This document shows positions 36,967 to 49,200 of a stretch of 64,000 bases of DNA, piece after piece. How positions within the stretch are numbered: the first letter of the stretch is position 1; every line of letters begins with the position of its first letter. This DNA comes from Phyllosticta citribraziliensis (taxonomy: Eukaryota). Location of the stretch: NCBI RefSeq assembly GCF_038025025.1, contig NW_027117351.1, forward strand, positions 744,001-808,000, in the 5' to 3' direction. The notes beneath the pieces were generated by a model. The model searched no databases. It was not told the origin of the DNA and saw only the letters and a program-made list of their open reading frames with translations. The position numbers were made by a program, and so were the translations under genes.

Positions 36967-37797
36967 TTAGCTAGTCGGAAAGTGGATATCGGAGATGGAT
37001 CCATGTTCCTTGTTGATTTTGGAGGGGATTAATGTGTTTATAATTTAATAGCAAACAAGCGTTGCTCTGAGCGACCCATTCACTTCACAGTTTATTATTC
37101 TTTCATCACAGCAAGAGAGCTTCTTCACTACTGATTATATGTAGTCCTTCTTCTCTTCATGTTTTTTCTCTACGTGCTATCACTCGATTATTTCTGAAGG
37201 ATGTTTCTGTGTCTTTCGCATGGATCCAATGGATTTCGCCATCCATAATACCATCGTCACAAACACGACACAAAAGCTGCGCAACAAGTTGGTTGCAGCT
37301 TACCGGGCTCCACCGTGCGACCAGGCGCTTTTGAGCGCAGAGAAAAACAGTCAGCGCAACGGTGTTTGCTTCAGCCAACTTTCTCCGATTCAACAAATTT
37401 CCGTCTTGATGCCTAGATGCGCCATTTTTACCCTCGAACTTTGGACATCAGCCATCGCAAACTCCCGAAAAAGACCACAACGTTGGTGCATCGAGGCCCA
37501 ATCTCTACCCCATTGTCTCTGGTGTGTTTGCTGCCTTCGGCTGGCAGTGAACCCTGTCACCAGGTTGACGGCGGATCTCTACGTTTAACCACTGCCAGTC
37601 TGCAGTTCTGACAAGTCAGAGAAAGAGCGACATATTCCAACACAAGGGCAACATGGAAGCTCAAGACATCTTCAATGTGTTCAATTTCCCCAGTACTTAA
37701 TGGACTACGGTCAAGGCTCGAAGTCGGAATGCATCATCGACATTCAGTTCCCCAAACTTGGCTCTTGGCACTCCACACCCAAACTTGCACCGAAATC

Positions 37798-38763
37798 ATG
37801 AATCCATTCCTACCGTTCTGTATAGTCACTTTGATTGCTGCAACGAGCACAGCCGCAGACCGGGCTCTGGAACCCATCCTTGGAAAGACCGTTGGATATT
37901 CAAAGGTGTTGAACCACTGCAACTACTCTGTCACTGTGTGGTTATCAGGAGACCTCCAGGAAGAACAGCAAATGAAATGGATACTCAAACCATTGAAAGG
38001 GGAGTTCGCGCATCCATACATGACAAAGAACGAATCCGCTGGCATGTCCATCAAGATACGGCGAAACAATAAAGACCATGGGCTCAAAGGCCAGCGTGCA
38101 CCACTGACGCAGCTTGAATACCGCGCTGCGTTTTCGGGGAACAACAAGACGTTCTATGACATAAGCAGTAAGTCTCGACATGCAATTTCTTCAGTGACGG
38201 AGCATCGTAACTGATGCCGATGAACAGACGTCGACTGCGGCGCCAATCCAGGAGTGACAAACAACACTCACACGGCAGGATGGACCAACAGCCAGGACCT
38301 GCATCCCGAAAACTGTCCCTTCTGGCGCGATGGATTTGTCCTCGACGTCGAAAGTCCCAATTGCCGGGGCATATCGTGCTTCCCAGGTAGCAAGATGTGC
38401 AGCAACGTCTACTATCTCCCCAACGACGACGAGCTGGACGCCGCAGGTGGCAGGCTTCTGCACGACTGCGAAGGTAACAGTTTCAACATGACGCTGCACC
38501 TGTGTCCGTGTCACGATCCTGCAGCCCGCGAGTGCTACCTTGCTGCTCAGAGCGGAACTGGCTTCAACTCCAGTCGGAGCGTTGTTTTGCCAAAGGATGG
38601 GTTTCCCACGACCCCTATAGATTCTGCCACAGTCTCTCGTCAATCCACGTTTCTTACACTTCCGGGGACGACTCCTTCAGTGAGTCCCCTGAGATCCGAA
38701 AGTGACGGCGACAACGAGAATTCAATACTCCATGGGCCAGTTGTCGGACCCGGACCCTTTTGA
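37798..38763 (+). CDS. Secreted Cys-rich Bys1/thaumatin-like protein with Ser/Thr/Pro-rich tail; 2 exons
   Basis: Signal peptide MNPFLPFCIVTLIAATSTA; intron 38168-38227. Pattern NHCNYSVTVW...MSIKI...QLEY...FYDISNVDC...CPF...ISCFPG..C..VY..PND...DC...L.LC. Confidence 0.7.
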
Positions 38764-39259
38764 ATTGCAATCACCGTCATCAATAGTGACGTCCCAAGGC
38801 AGATCGGCGAACCCCTTTTCAACAATCGGCACAATGATCGACAAGACACTGCTGGACGACAGGAACTCGGACGTTGATCGACCTGCCCACCCATGACGGA
38901 CCAAGCCAATCAGTTGGGGCCATTTTGTAACCGTCGACTGCCTAGTTTTGGTTCCGAGAAAAATCGGGTGGCGTTGCAAGTCATGTGATGGGCACTGCAG
39001 TATATCCGGGCACGAAAAGGTCGATGCCGTCGGGAGTGGCTTGGGATGACGTAGCATCAATATCATCTTTTTGCCGGTTGGCCATCATCGCCATCTGTTT
39101 TTTCGCGTGCACTGGACTTGGAGGTAGTCATGTTCAGAATCCAATCATGAGGGGACTCGATTAACTTTGTACATAAAGCATCTAATTCGTCATACCACAC
39201 CGCCGATGCAGACCTCATCCAACCGCTTCGTACTTTTCGTCGTCAATTTAAAAACTGGC

Positions 39260-39695
39260 TTACAGCTGACCGGCAGCGTTGAAGTCGACGAGGGCCTCCT
39301 GGACGCGCGTCGACATGGTCTTCTCACCCTCGCGGACCCAGACACGGGGGTCGTAGAACTTCTTGTTGGGCTTGTCAGCACCGTCGGGGTTGCCGACTTG
39401 GGTCATGATGTAGTCCTTCTTGTTGAGGACGTAGTCACGGATACCGAGGAGGTAGGCCCTGAGCAATCGTTAGAACATGGACCATTGGCTTGGACTTGAA
39501 TTAACTTACCACTGCAGGTCAGTGTCGAGGTTGACCTTGACGACACCGTAGCTGATGGCCTCCTTGAACTCCTCCTTGGAGGAACCAGAGCCACCGTGGA
39601 AGACGAAGAAGACGGGCTTGTCGTCGCTGGCCTTGATGGCGGCCTTGACGTGCTGCTGGTGCTTGGAGAGGAGCTCGGGGTGGAGCTTGACGTTG

Positions 39696-39727
<32 letters not shown>

Positions 39728-40444
39728 GCCGGCCGCGATGGAGAAGAAGGGGGAGACCTTGGAGAGCCTGTTGTGGATGTTGAGGATGTCCTCGGGCTGG
39801 GTGTAGAGGGAGTTGTTGTCAACGTCCTCGTTGTTGACACCGTCCTCCTCACCACCAGTGATGCCAATCTCCATCTCGAGCCATTGCTTCATGGGGGCAG
39901 CGCGCTCGAGGTACTTGGCGGTGGTCTCAATGTTGTAGTCGACGTCCTCCTCGGACAGGTCGATCATGTGCGAGGACCACAGGGGCTCGCCGTGCAGCTT
40001 GAACCAAGCCTCGTCGGCGTCAAGCATGCCGTCGAGCCATGGCAGGAGCTTCTTGGCGCAGTGGTCGGTGTGGAGGACGACGGGAACGCCGTAGGCGGGG
40101 GCAATGGCGCGGATGTAGTGGGCGGCAGCAATGGCACCAGCAATGGAGGCCTTCTGGTCCTTGTTGTCGACACCCTTGCCGGCGAAGTAGGCGGCACCAC
40201 CCTGCGAGGTTTGCAGGACGATGGGCGACTTCTTGTCCCTGGCGGCCTCAAGGGCAGCAACAACGGTCGAGGAGCTGGTGACGTTCTGCAGAACGAGTCA
40301 GTGGCGAGGAGGGCAGGTGGACGATGCAAGACTTACGATGGCGGGGATGGCAAACTTGTGCTGCTGGCAGTACTTGAAGAGCTTGTAGACGTCGTCGCCG
40401 TAGATGACGCCGGCCTTTTTGCTGAGAACGTCGGTGACACCCAT
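39260..40444 (-). CDS. FBA1: Class II fructose-1,6-bisphosphate aldolase; 3 exons
   Basis: Introns 40336-40286 and 39509-39459. Motifs LHTDHCAKKL, SSHMIDLSEE, EIGITGGEEDG, GNVHGVY, VFHGGSG and KKFYDPRVW. Strong codon bias. Confidence 0.97.
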
Positions 40445-40706
40445 GATGATGATGATTTGTAGTTGTTGAAGGTGGTGTGGTGAAGAGTGGTCGTCTAGGG
40501 AGGAGTCAGAGGGAGGGGGTATCACTGTGAGGGGAGCGAGGAATTGATGAGGAGAGGAGGGGAGGAGGGGGAGGGGCAGTTTTGAGCTTTTTTAAATCGG
40601 TTGGGGGCAGACGGGAGGGTCGCAAGGCGACGGGTTGCGTCAGAGGGTGGAGATGGGAGACAGGGAAGGGGGAACGTACCAGGTGGCTGATGGCGAGTCG
40701 ATGGAT

Positions 40707-40760
40707 TGAGAGAAAGAGAGAGAGAGGGAGAGAGGGAGAGAACAGAGAGAGAGGAAGGGA
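40707..40760 (+). repeat. GA-rich microsatellite upstream of FBA1
   Basis: gagagaaagagagagagagggagagagggagagaacagagagagaggaaggga. Confidence 0.7.
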
Positions 40761-41640
40761 ATACTGTGGGTGGGGAACTCTTGTGTCATGGCATGGCGGG
40801 GCGCGGCTCTGCGTCGGCCTCAATCGGACTCTCGCCCACCACACCACCTCAGCCCAGCCTGCCGCCGCGCTCACTTCATCTCTGCTGCCCTCTTCTGCTC
40901 TCTCATCTCACCGTTCCACCTGTTTCGCGATAGCGGGTCTCTTCTTTTCTTCGCGCTTCCTTTTCCACTTGCCGGTCGCCCGCGCCTCGGTCCGGCTCTC
41001 TCTCAGATGTCCGGACCCTTAGGTTGGGTTGTGCGTCCGACGAGACCCTGACACCCGTCTTCTGCCGTACAAGAAGCAGCCATGCCCTCAGGTCAGACGC
41101 ATTTAGGTCAGACGCATTCAGCCAGAAGCCGGGGCCCGGACGGGGACGACATCCAGGGCAGAGGGAGCACGGCACGGCGGCGGCGGGAGGATCCGACGGC
41201 TTGTTTCGGGGCGTGGCAGGGAGTGACGGACCTGAAGTCGTGAAGGCCGATGGCAATGAATTGTTGCTGAAATGACGGGCACAAGCGCTGGCCTCGGGGG
41301 AATGTCTCCGTCTGGTCGGCAGCGTCTGGTAAGGTATCGTACGGAGTAGCGGAGCTGTGCGGCAACGGCCGTGACAACAAAACCGTCTGGGTGGCTGCCA
41401 TTTGATCCGAACGGCCAGCTTCCCGTGCGCTGCGCTGCGCTGCGTCCCTCCCTCCTCCTCCTCCTCCTCCTCCATCAGCTAGCTAGCAAAGCAATGGATC
41501 ATGATCTTCCTTCGATGATTCTCCTCTGCCTCTCTCCCTCAATCCACCTCCCTTGATCCTACCCTCTCCTTCATCTCCTTGATGCCCGTCCGCCCTAACC
41601 CTCGGATCTGGTCCCTCGTCGAGCCGCAAGACGCGCCGCC

Positions 41641-43458
41641 ATGCCCGACAAACCTCTGACCATTGCGACCTACGCCGCCGGCGCGTCCCTGGCTGCCATA
41701 ACCCTCGTCTACGTCTTTGGCCCTACCTTCTTCCTCGACGACGACGCCGCCAATTCGGCGCGCAAAAAGGGCGTCGTCGGCCTCGCTAACCCAGCCAACG
41801 ACTGCTTCATAAACTCGGTCCTCCAGGCCTTGGCCGGCCTGCCGCACCTGCGAATCTATCTCATCAGAGAGACCCACCGCCGCAATCTCGACGGGCCCGA
41901 CGTTTACAAAGTTCCGCCTTCGGACCACGCCGACGAATCAGCCCCCGCCAAGAGGGACGCCGCCGCGCAAAATCTCGACGGGCTCCAGCAGGGCCTCGTT
42001 ACCCAGGCCCTGAAGGATGTGTTGGACAAATTGAATGAGAGACCCATATATCGCAAGACAATCTCGGCCCAGGGCTTTGTTGGCGCTCTCGAGGTCGCCT
42101 TTCGCTCGAGGATAAGCAGGCAGCAGCAGGACGCCCAAGAGTTTCTTCAGGTCGTCACCGAGCGCGTCTGGCAAGAATACCATGCGGGCCAAGCCGCGCG
42201 CAAAAAGGCCCGCAGGCGACTCTCACACACCACAGGCGGCGACAAACAAGAGCTGCTCCGCGACGACGTCGCCAATGGCGGTGAAGAATCGGATCACGAC
42301 GATCAGGACGACCACGAGGAAGGGTTCCCGTTCGAAGGCCAGCTCGAGTCCCAGATCGAATGCCTCACCTGCCACTTTAAGCCCAAGCCCACAGCCTCCA
42401 GCTTCGTGACCATGACGCTCAATGTCCCAGAAGCCTACTCGACGACGCTAAACAGCTGCTTCGACGGCATACTCAAGATTGAACACATTGATGACTTCCG
42501 ATGCGAATATTGTCGCCTTGAGCACGCGCTGCTGGTCAAGCAGGCCGAATTGGAGAAAGCACAGTCGGAAAAGGAGCGCTTGGGGCTCGAGTCGGACATT
42601 GCCAAGATCAAGCATGCAATGGAGACTGACCCCGAGACGCCGCCCAAGGACGTGACGCTCCCCGACAGCAAGCTGAGTCCCACGCGCAGGATTTCGCGGC
42701 ATATGCGCATCTCAAAGTTCCCCAAGATTCTGGCCATTCATCTTTCTAGATCCGTCTTCAACGCGGGCAACTATGGAAACTACTCGACCAAGAACATGGC
42801 AAAAGTAGCGTTTCCAGAAGTGCTTCCGTTGGGAGGACTCATAGAGCGCAAAAAGTATAATCTGCTTGGCGTCGTGACGCACAAGGGCGGCCACAACAGT
42901 GGCCACTACGAAAGCTTCCGGCGGCAGGTCGTCATGGCTCCGTACTCGACACCGCACTCGTTTGGAACCGAAGGAGTGTACAGTCTCGGCGGCAGTCCAA
43001 ACCCGAGTGCAATGCAGAGTCCTCGGCCGTCGGCGAGCAGAGACCGCTCCGAGTTGAGGACTCCAGACTCGACGCGTCTGCCTTCACCCACGCTGGCGTC
43101 GACGTCGGCCGCGTCGCTTTCTTCCAAGTCGTCCTTGTCGTCGATGCAGCATCGCATACCACCGACTTCTGCCCCGAGCTCATCGTTGCGAGAGGACGAC
43201 AGCATCAAAAGGGCACCGTCGACGCCATCGCACTCTGCGTCACCCTCAAGGTTGCGCGCGGTGGGTGAGAAAGCGGCGTCCAAGGCGGAGCTGGTGGTGG
43301 ATGCGGTGAAGCGAAAGCCTAAGAGGCGAGACAATCGGTGGTGGCGCATCAGCGATGACAAGATCAAGGAGAGTAAAACGAGCGATGTGTTGGGGATGCA
43401 GCGCGAAGTGTATCTGCTGTTCTATGAGCTGGACAGAAGCGGAGAGGAGGAGCGATGA
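41641..43458 (+). CDS. Ubiquitin-specific protease (USP/C19) with N-terminal membrane anchor, Ubp16/USP30-like
   Basis: Cys box GLANPANDCFINSVLQAL, QQDAQEFL, His box HKGGHNSGHY, WWRISDD and YLLFYE; hydrophobic N-terminal helix. Confidence 0.9.
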   Translation: MPDKPLTIATYAAGASLAAITLVYVFGPTFFLDDDAANSARKKGVVGLANPANDCFINSVLQALAGLPHLRIYLIRETHRRNLDGPDVYKVPPSDHADESAPAKRDAAAQNLDGLQQGLVTQALKDVLDKLNERPIYRKTISAQGFVGALEVAFRSRISRQQQDAQEFLQVVTERVWQEYHAGQAARKKARRRLSHTTGGDKQELLRDDVANGGEESDHDDQDDHEEGFPFEGQLESQIECLTCHFKPKPTASSFVTMTLNVPEAYSTTLNSCFDGILKIEHIDDFRCEYCRLEHALLVKQAELEKAQSEKERLGLESDIAKIKHAMETDPETPPKDVTLPDSKLSPTRRISRHMRISKFPKILAIHLSRSVFNAGNYGNYSTKNMAKVAFPEVLPLGGLIERKKYNLLGVVTHKGGHNSGHYESFRRQVVMAPYSTPHSFGTEGVYSLGGSPNPSAMQSPRPSASRDRSELRTPDSTRLPSPTLASTSAASLSSKSSLSSMQHRIPPTSAPSSSLREDDSIKRAPSTPSHSASPSRLRAVGEKAASKAELVVDAVKRKPKRRDNRWWRISDDKIKESKTSDVLGMQREVYLLFYELDRSGEEER

Positions 43459-43956
43459 GGAGATTGAAAGGCATTTTCGGCTTGGTGGCTCGGCGTTTGG
43501 GACGGAAAGGCATTGCTAGGCATGGGCATTGGCGGATACCATGCTTGTTGGACAAGAGTGTGCATTTGAGCATCCGCAAATCGGAGTGCTGTGAATACCA
43601 AAGTGTCGGTGACCGATGCGCGTCATCCAATGGGTGTTGGTGTAGCATCGCTGAGTACCTAGTGAAGAAAAGTTGGGGCACACTGCTGGCCTGCGACCAG
43701 ACCAGACCAGACCAAACGGCCTGAACCATGCCATGCCCACTGCTGCAAGCCGAGGCGCTGGAATGCTCCACGTGCGTACAATCTGATTCCCGTCGTCGTT
43801 GGTGGTTATCATGATGACGTGAACAGTTGGTTGGACCCCTGTTGCTGACCGTGACTCGCGTGGCGCCGGCCAGGGACTGGGACTTTGACTTTGGGCCCGG
43901 TGCTTTTCCAGCACCCATGGAGCCCACTCTTCATCGTCCACCGCGCTTCGACGAGC

Positions 43957-45879
43957 ATGGAGTCTGAAAATCTCTGGCCTTGGAGCACAGAGGCTGCGTC
44001 GAGCCCGTCTGGCTCCACTCCGCTATATCGAGTCGCCGAACGGCCCAACGTCCCCGTAAACGACCCACGCTTCCGCAAACTCGTCCAAGGCATCGAGTAC
44101 TCGAGATGGCTGCTCCTGTCGTACAACCTGGTTCTCCTTGGCCTCGTCCTGCTATTTGCTGTCGAGCATTGGGGACGGCTGCTGCTAGATGCCCATCGTC
44201 GTCGCCGGAGGAGGACAGACAAGTCTCGGCCCAGTGCCAACCATGAGGGGCCAACTAGCAGCAGCAGTAGCAGCACCCTCGAAGGGACGGCAACACCTTC
44301 AACGACCAAAAGAAAGCTCGGATATGAAGACGAAGAAAGACGCCTGCTACTCGCGCCCACGAGCATCAAAAAGCATGCAGCACCCGGAATTTTGGGAACC
44401 GTGTGCCACCACATCAAGGCTTGGGCCATGTACCAACCTCGCCCAATCCCATGGATTCACAAACAACTTCCCTCCAACGCCACGACCCTCGCTGTCTTGG
44501 TCCTCTACGGTGTAAATGCTTTCTATCTCTTCTTCAAAACCCCATTGTCCATTCCACTCCTTTTCGTCTTCGCGGACCGGTGTAGCATTTTGTTTGTCGC
44601 GAACCTGCCACTGCTATATCTGTTTGCCGCCAAAAACCAGCCCATCAGCTGGCTCACCGGCCGCTCTTATGAATCTTTGAACATATTCCACCGACGTCTG
44701 GGCGAGCTTGTGTGCCTTCTGGCGCTTCTCCATGGCCTGGGCATGTTTGGCGTCTGGTACACGCTCCTCAAACCCGTTGGATTCGGCCTGTCACGATTCC
44801 TGCTTTCCAAAGTCATCATGCCCGGCATTGGAGCGCTGATTGCCTATGAGCTCATCTACCTTACTTCTCTCGCCTCGTTCCGTCAAAGGTGCTATGAAAC
44901 TTTTCTGGTCCTACACGTCGGGCTCCAGGCGGCTGCACTGGTCCTTCTCTGGTTGCACCACCACCGAGCCCGCATCTACGTCGGAATAGCGCTCCTCATC
45001 TTCCTCGTCGACCGCATCGTCTTCCGGCTTTTCATCAAGTCCACCACCATGCGTGCCGACATTGGCATCCTTGAGGACGGTCAGACGGTCCTCGTCTCCA
45101 CAAACTGGGATCTCCCCAACTCGGCCGGTCCTCTGCAGCGGCTACTCCGTCGAAACGTGTCTCGCGGCTGGCAACCCACAGACCACGCCTTTATCACCGT
45201 TCCAAATATGAGCCACAAGAACCTCACTCAAGCCCACCCCTTTACCATTGCGTCTCCCGCTCCCCCACCCCCAGACTCGTTCCAACCCGGTGACCAGTCG
45301 CGCCACGCGTGGCTGAGTTTCCTCATCCGCGCTCAGGAGGGCTTCTCGCGGGACCTCATTCTGCACGCGCAGACGCACTCATCCATCCGCGTCCGTCTGG
45401 ACGGACCGTACGGCTCTCAGCGACCAGTCCACCTGCTCCAACGCTCCCGGCTCGCCGTCATCGTCGCCGGCGGCTCCGGCGTCGCTGTCGCCTTTCCCCT
45501 CCTGTGGGCATTACTGAACGGCCGCCCGTCGCCCCCGGACGAAGAATCTCAACACGCCGACGGTCCGCAGCACGTCTGCTTCCTGTGGATCGTCCACTCC
45601 CGCCCGCAGCTGTCGTGGCTGTCCAAGCAGCGCTTGGACGAGCTCCGCGAACGGGGCGCTCATATCCTCGTCCCGGAACCGACCGCGGAGGTTGGGAGAC
45701 CCGATGTTGCCGGCATCGTCAGGGACTGGGTGGCCACTTATGATGATGGGCCAGGCGGACGCATTGGCGTCGTCGTCAGCGGTCCCGACGGCATGAATAG
45801 AGCTGCGCGGAACACCTGTGCCTGGTTGGCCAAGGATGGAAGGCGAATTGATGTCGAAGTGGAGAAATTCGGGTGGTGA
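43957..45879 (+). CDS. Ferric/cupric reductase-like transmembrane flavocytochrome
   Basis: Heme-ligand His pairs (FHRRLG..LLHGL; LHVGL..WLHHH), FAD motif HPFT, NADPH motifs DGPYG and AGGSG, and C-terminal EKFGW. Confidence 0.9.
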   Translation: MESENLWPWSTEAASSPSGSTPLYRVAERPNVPVNDPRFRKLVQGIEYSRWLLLSYNLVLLGLVLLFAVEHWGRLLLDAHRRRRRRTDKSRPSANHEGPTSSSSSSTLEGTATPSTTKRKLGYEDEERRLLLAPTSIKKHAAPGILGTVCHHIKAWAMYQPRPIPWIHKQLPSNATTLAVLVLYGVNAFYLFFKTPLSIPLLFVFADRCSILFVANLPLLYLFAAKNQPISWLTGRSYESLNIFHRRLGELVCLLALLHGLGMFGVWYTLLKPVGFGLSRFLLSKVIMPGIGALIAYELIYLTSLASFRQRCYETFLVLHVGLQAAALVLLWLHHHRARIYVGIALLIFLVDRIVFRLFIKSTTMRADIGILEDGQTVLVSTNWDLPNSAGPLQRLLRRNVSRGWQPTDHAFITVPNMSHKNLTQAHPFTIASPAPPPPDSFQPGDQSRHAWLSFLIRAQEGFSRDLILHAQTHSSIRVRLDGPYGSQRPVHLLQRSRLAVIVAGGSGVAVAFPLLWALLNGRPSPPDEESQHADGPQHVCFLWIVHSRPQLSWLSKQRLDELRERGAHILVPEPTAEVGRPDVAGIVRDWVATYDDGPGGRIGVVVSGPDGMNRAARNTCAWLAKDGRRIDVEVEKFGW

Positions 45880-46292
45880 TTTTTTCTTCCCTTTTTGGTC
45901 TCTTGGTCCTCTCACTCGGAACCAGCTTTGTCGGCGCTTGTGGTCTTCTTTTTTCGGTTTGAGGAGTTTTGACTGCGTGAGAGGTGTTTGGCGGCAGCGA
46001 TTAGATCACGAAATCGAATTTACGAGTACATGGCCCGCATCGACAACACTGGATTCCGTCTGGAGGGTGAATCCTCTACATGCACCAATTCCCTTGTAAA
46101 GATGCCCAGGACTTCCTCTCCAACCGCCAGATTCTCGGCGACAACATGGGTGACAAGGCCTCGAGTTTTGGGAATAGAAAAAGGACACCAGGTTCAAGCA
46201 AAACGAAATTCTTCTTGGTATCCTGCAAGCGCCCATCCATGATGTTGATCTACTTTTGTCGCTCACCTCTGACCGACGACCCAATCAACTTC

Positions 46293-49200
46293 CTAAGTTT
46301 CCTCCTCGATCCCCTCGAATTCTTCTTCCTCCACCGCTTCAAGCTCCTCTGCGACTCCAGCGCCATCGTCGTCGTCGTCCATGTCAACTTCCGGTATATA
46401 CTGGGGCAACTTCCCCCCGTTCGCCTTGAGCGCTTCCACTTTGGCCCTTGTCATTTCGAATACGTACTGACCCAAATGTTCAGTAGATTCCATTTCAGTG
46501 ACGGGTGGCTCATCCGCCAGTTCTCTGTTGGTTGGGCACATTTCATTCGTGACCAAGGAAAGCTTGTCGGGGCGTTTCAGAAGGACGTCAAACGCAGGCT
46601 TGAGCTCATACGACGATTCGAAGACGTCACGGCGGCCGACGATGTAGAGACCCAAACGGGCACGCGACAGCGCGACTGTGAGTCGTCGAATATCACGCAG
46701 ATAACCGACGCGGCTTGTGCGAACAAGAGATAGGATGACATCTGTACATGTCAGTTAGTTGCGCAAATAGCGAGGAGTTAGGGCACTTACAGTCGTTCTG
46801 CTCGCCTTGATATTTGTCAACAGTGGTGACGATCCTTGGCATGCCGAAGAGTGGGTTGCGCGAGCATCGGTGGGTCAAAACGTCCTTGATCAGTGATCTT
46901 TGTCCCGCATATGTGGTCAAAATCGAGATTTTCGAAGCAGAGTATCCGAGCAATCGCATGTACATGAAGATGGCCACGGCGTACTCTGCCTCGCCCAGGT
47001 TTTGAATGAAATGAGGCGTGGGCTCCATTTCGCCCCTTCCTTTGTAATCAGGCACGTTGATGAACTGGTAGTCGTACCTGAAGCCAGGGTTGGCGAGCTT
47101 GAACTCGGAGCTCGATTCCACGGTGGGAAGGTTGTCGAGCTTTGGATAGCGCCACTTGTACAGCTCGGCCAAGCTTGGTCGAGCACGACCCTGTTGGTCC
47201 AGCACAATGGTGGGCACGCCTAATCTGACCAGGCGCAGAAACAACGACTGCTCGAGGTTGGCATACTGTCTGAATGCGAGGTTCTGAACGACCGGGGAGT
47301 TTTGGAGGTGGTCTCCACAAAGAACGATTCTTTGCAGGGGAAGCTCGCCCGCCTTGGGATTCTGCAGTGCCAGAGGGATGAAGTTCTCAATCTCGGTGAT
47401 CTGAGCCGCCTCCTCCATGATGACGTTGTCGTAGTGAAAACCGAGGTCAGCAATTTCTTGCCGCCTCATTGCAGCGTGGGTTGAGGTCATGGCGATGATC
47501 CGCGCCTCCTTGACCAAGAGATAATTGGCGCTGTCCCTTGGGTTTCTCAAGATTTCGAAAGGCCGAATGTCCTCGAGCTCGGCGAATATTTTATCGACGT
47601 GCCGATAACAGCCAGCTGCAATGTCAACCAACACCTCCCGCGAGGCACCTGGGGGAAACAGTGGCTGTGGGGCGTTGGAAAAGTATTGGTGAAATGGAAA
47701 TTCAGAAACCACTTCCTCATTGCTCGCTTCGCCGGATTCGACCCGATTCCAGTACTTTGTCCAAGCCGGCTGCACGTAGACCGACTTGAAGTATGATGCA
47801 GTCTCGCAAGAAGAACCGTGTGCTCCAGGTGCATTGAAATTCGCCGCAAGTCGGTCCACCTCGGCCAAGTACTTGAGACCAATTTCACGGAAACTCTCAA
47901 CTCTTCCGTGCTTGGAATAATTAGTTGCGGTCTCGAGGTCCTCTTCGCCATGTCCCAGGCGAAGCAAGTGTCGCTCGTCAATGTCGAGGGCGACGATCTT
48001 TTGAAACAACTGGTTCAAAGCCTGGTTGCTATGAGCAACAAGTAACGTCCTTTGACTGGGAAAGTTGTGATAGATATTGTTGATGATTTGGGTAGCGACA
48101 TCAGTCTTGCCAGTCCCAGGGGGGCCAACAACTACTGTCAAGCCAGGTTGTGTTCCAGACGTGATTGCTTCGAGCTGAGCCGTGGTGAAGCGGACGGTGT
48201 TCAGCTTGGGGGCATCCGTTGGATAAGGACCCATGTTCGGCGGCTTGTACGTTGAGACGCGGACAATTTCGGCCGCCTTTGAATCTGGTGCATTGGTGTC
48301 GGATTCTTTTTTGGCCCGCCTACGTTTTTTAGATGGCCGTTCGTGCGTTTCCTCTTGATGTTGTTCTGGCTCCGGAAATTCAAGCACATAAGGAGGACCG
48401 AAACTGCCCGTGGCATCTTCGGCTGGTTCGACAGCCTTGCCCGAAAGACTCTCGACCAGATGCTGCCAATCCAGAAATGTATCGCGAAAGTCAATCCTCT
48501 TGAGTCTGTTCGCCAATCGCTTGTAAGTGGCACCTGCAGGATCGCCATAACCAAGAAACACTTCCTGGAGCCAGGAGGGCGCAGGAATGTCCGAAAGAGT
48601 TAAGCGTCTGATCGACTCCAGAATTGGCTTGAAGTTGTTTTCCCTGCCCCTACGACGAACGATCACATTGATCGACTCGTAAACACCCCTCTCGGATTTC
48701 CCTTGCTTTTCCTTGTCTTCCTTGTACGCCAAATTGTCAATCTTCAATAGAAGTCGCCGCTGCCTTGGCTTGCGCATCTGGCCTTGGGACAATTTAGGTT
48801 CCCGCAGAGGCCGCCCTTGTTCGTCCAAGACTTGCAAGACTTCCGCACAGCGCAGGTGTTTTAGTCCGACCTTTTCTGCGGGGCTCTGCGTCTGGCTGCC
48901 GTTGCCAATGAATCGCCCGTCTTCCTGGGGATCTACTGCAAGGAGATAGACAACGTCGTCTGGACGCAGAGACTCCCACTCCCTGGCGACGTTGGCATTC
49001 AATCTCGACACATCGAGTATTACTTCAGCTTGCACCCTGGAGGGGGCGGTCTCTCCAACTCGCGCAGGTGCAACATCGGTGATGGCAGGTTTGTCGATAG
49101 GCAGAGCCATTCTGGAGGAACCCGAAAATTGTGTCAAGTCTCTCGACTTCCTTGGCTTTAGGCGCTTGATGACGTCTTCCATGTCCTTTCGAATCTCATA

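Noticed and set aside
39596..40462. 288-aa plus-strand ORF
   Set aside because: Antisense shadow of the highly codon-biased FBA1.
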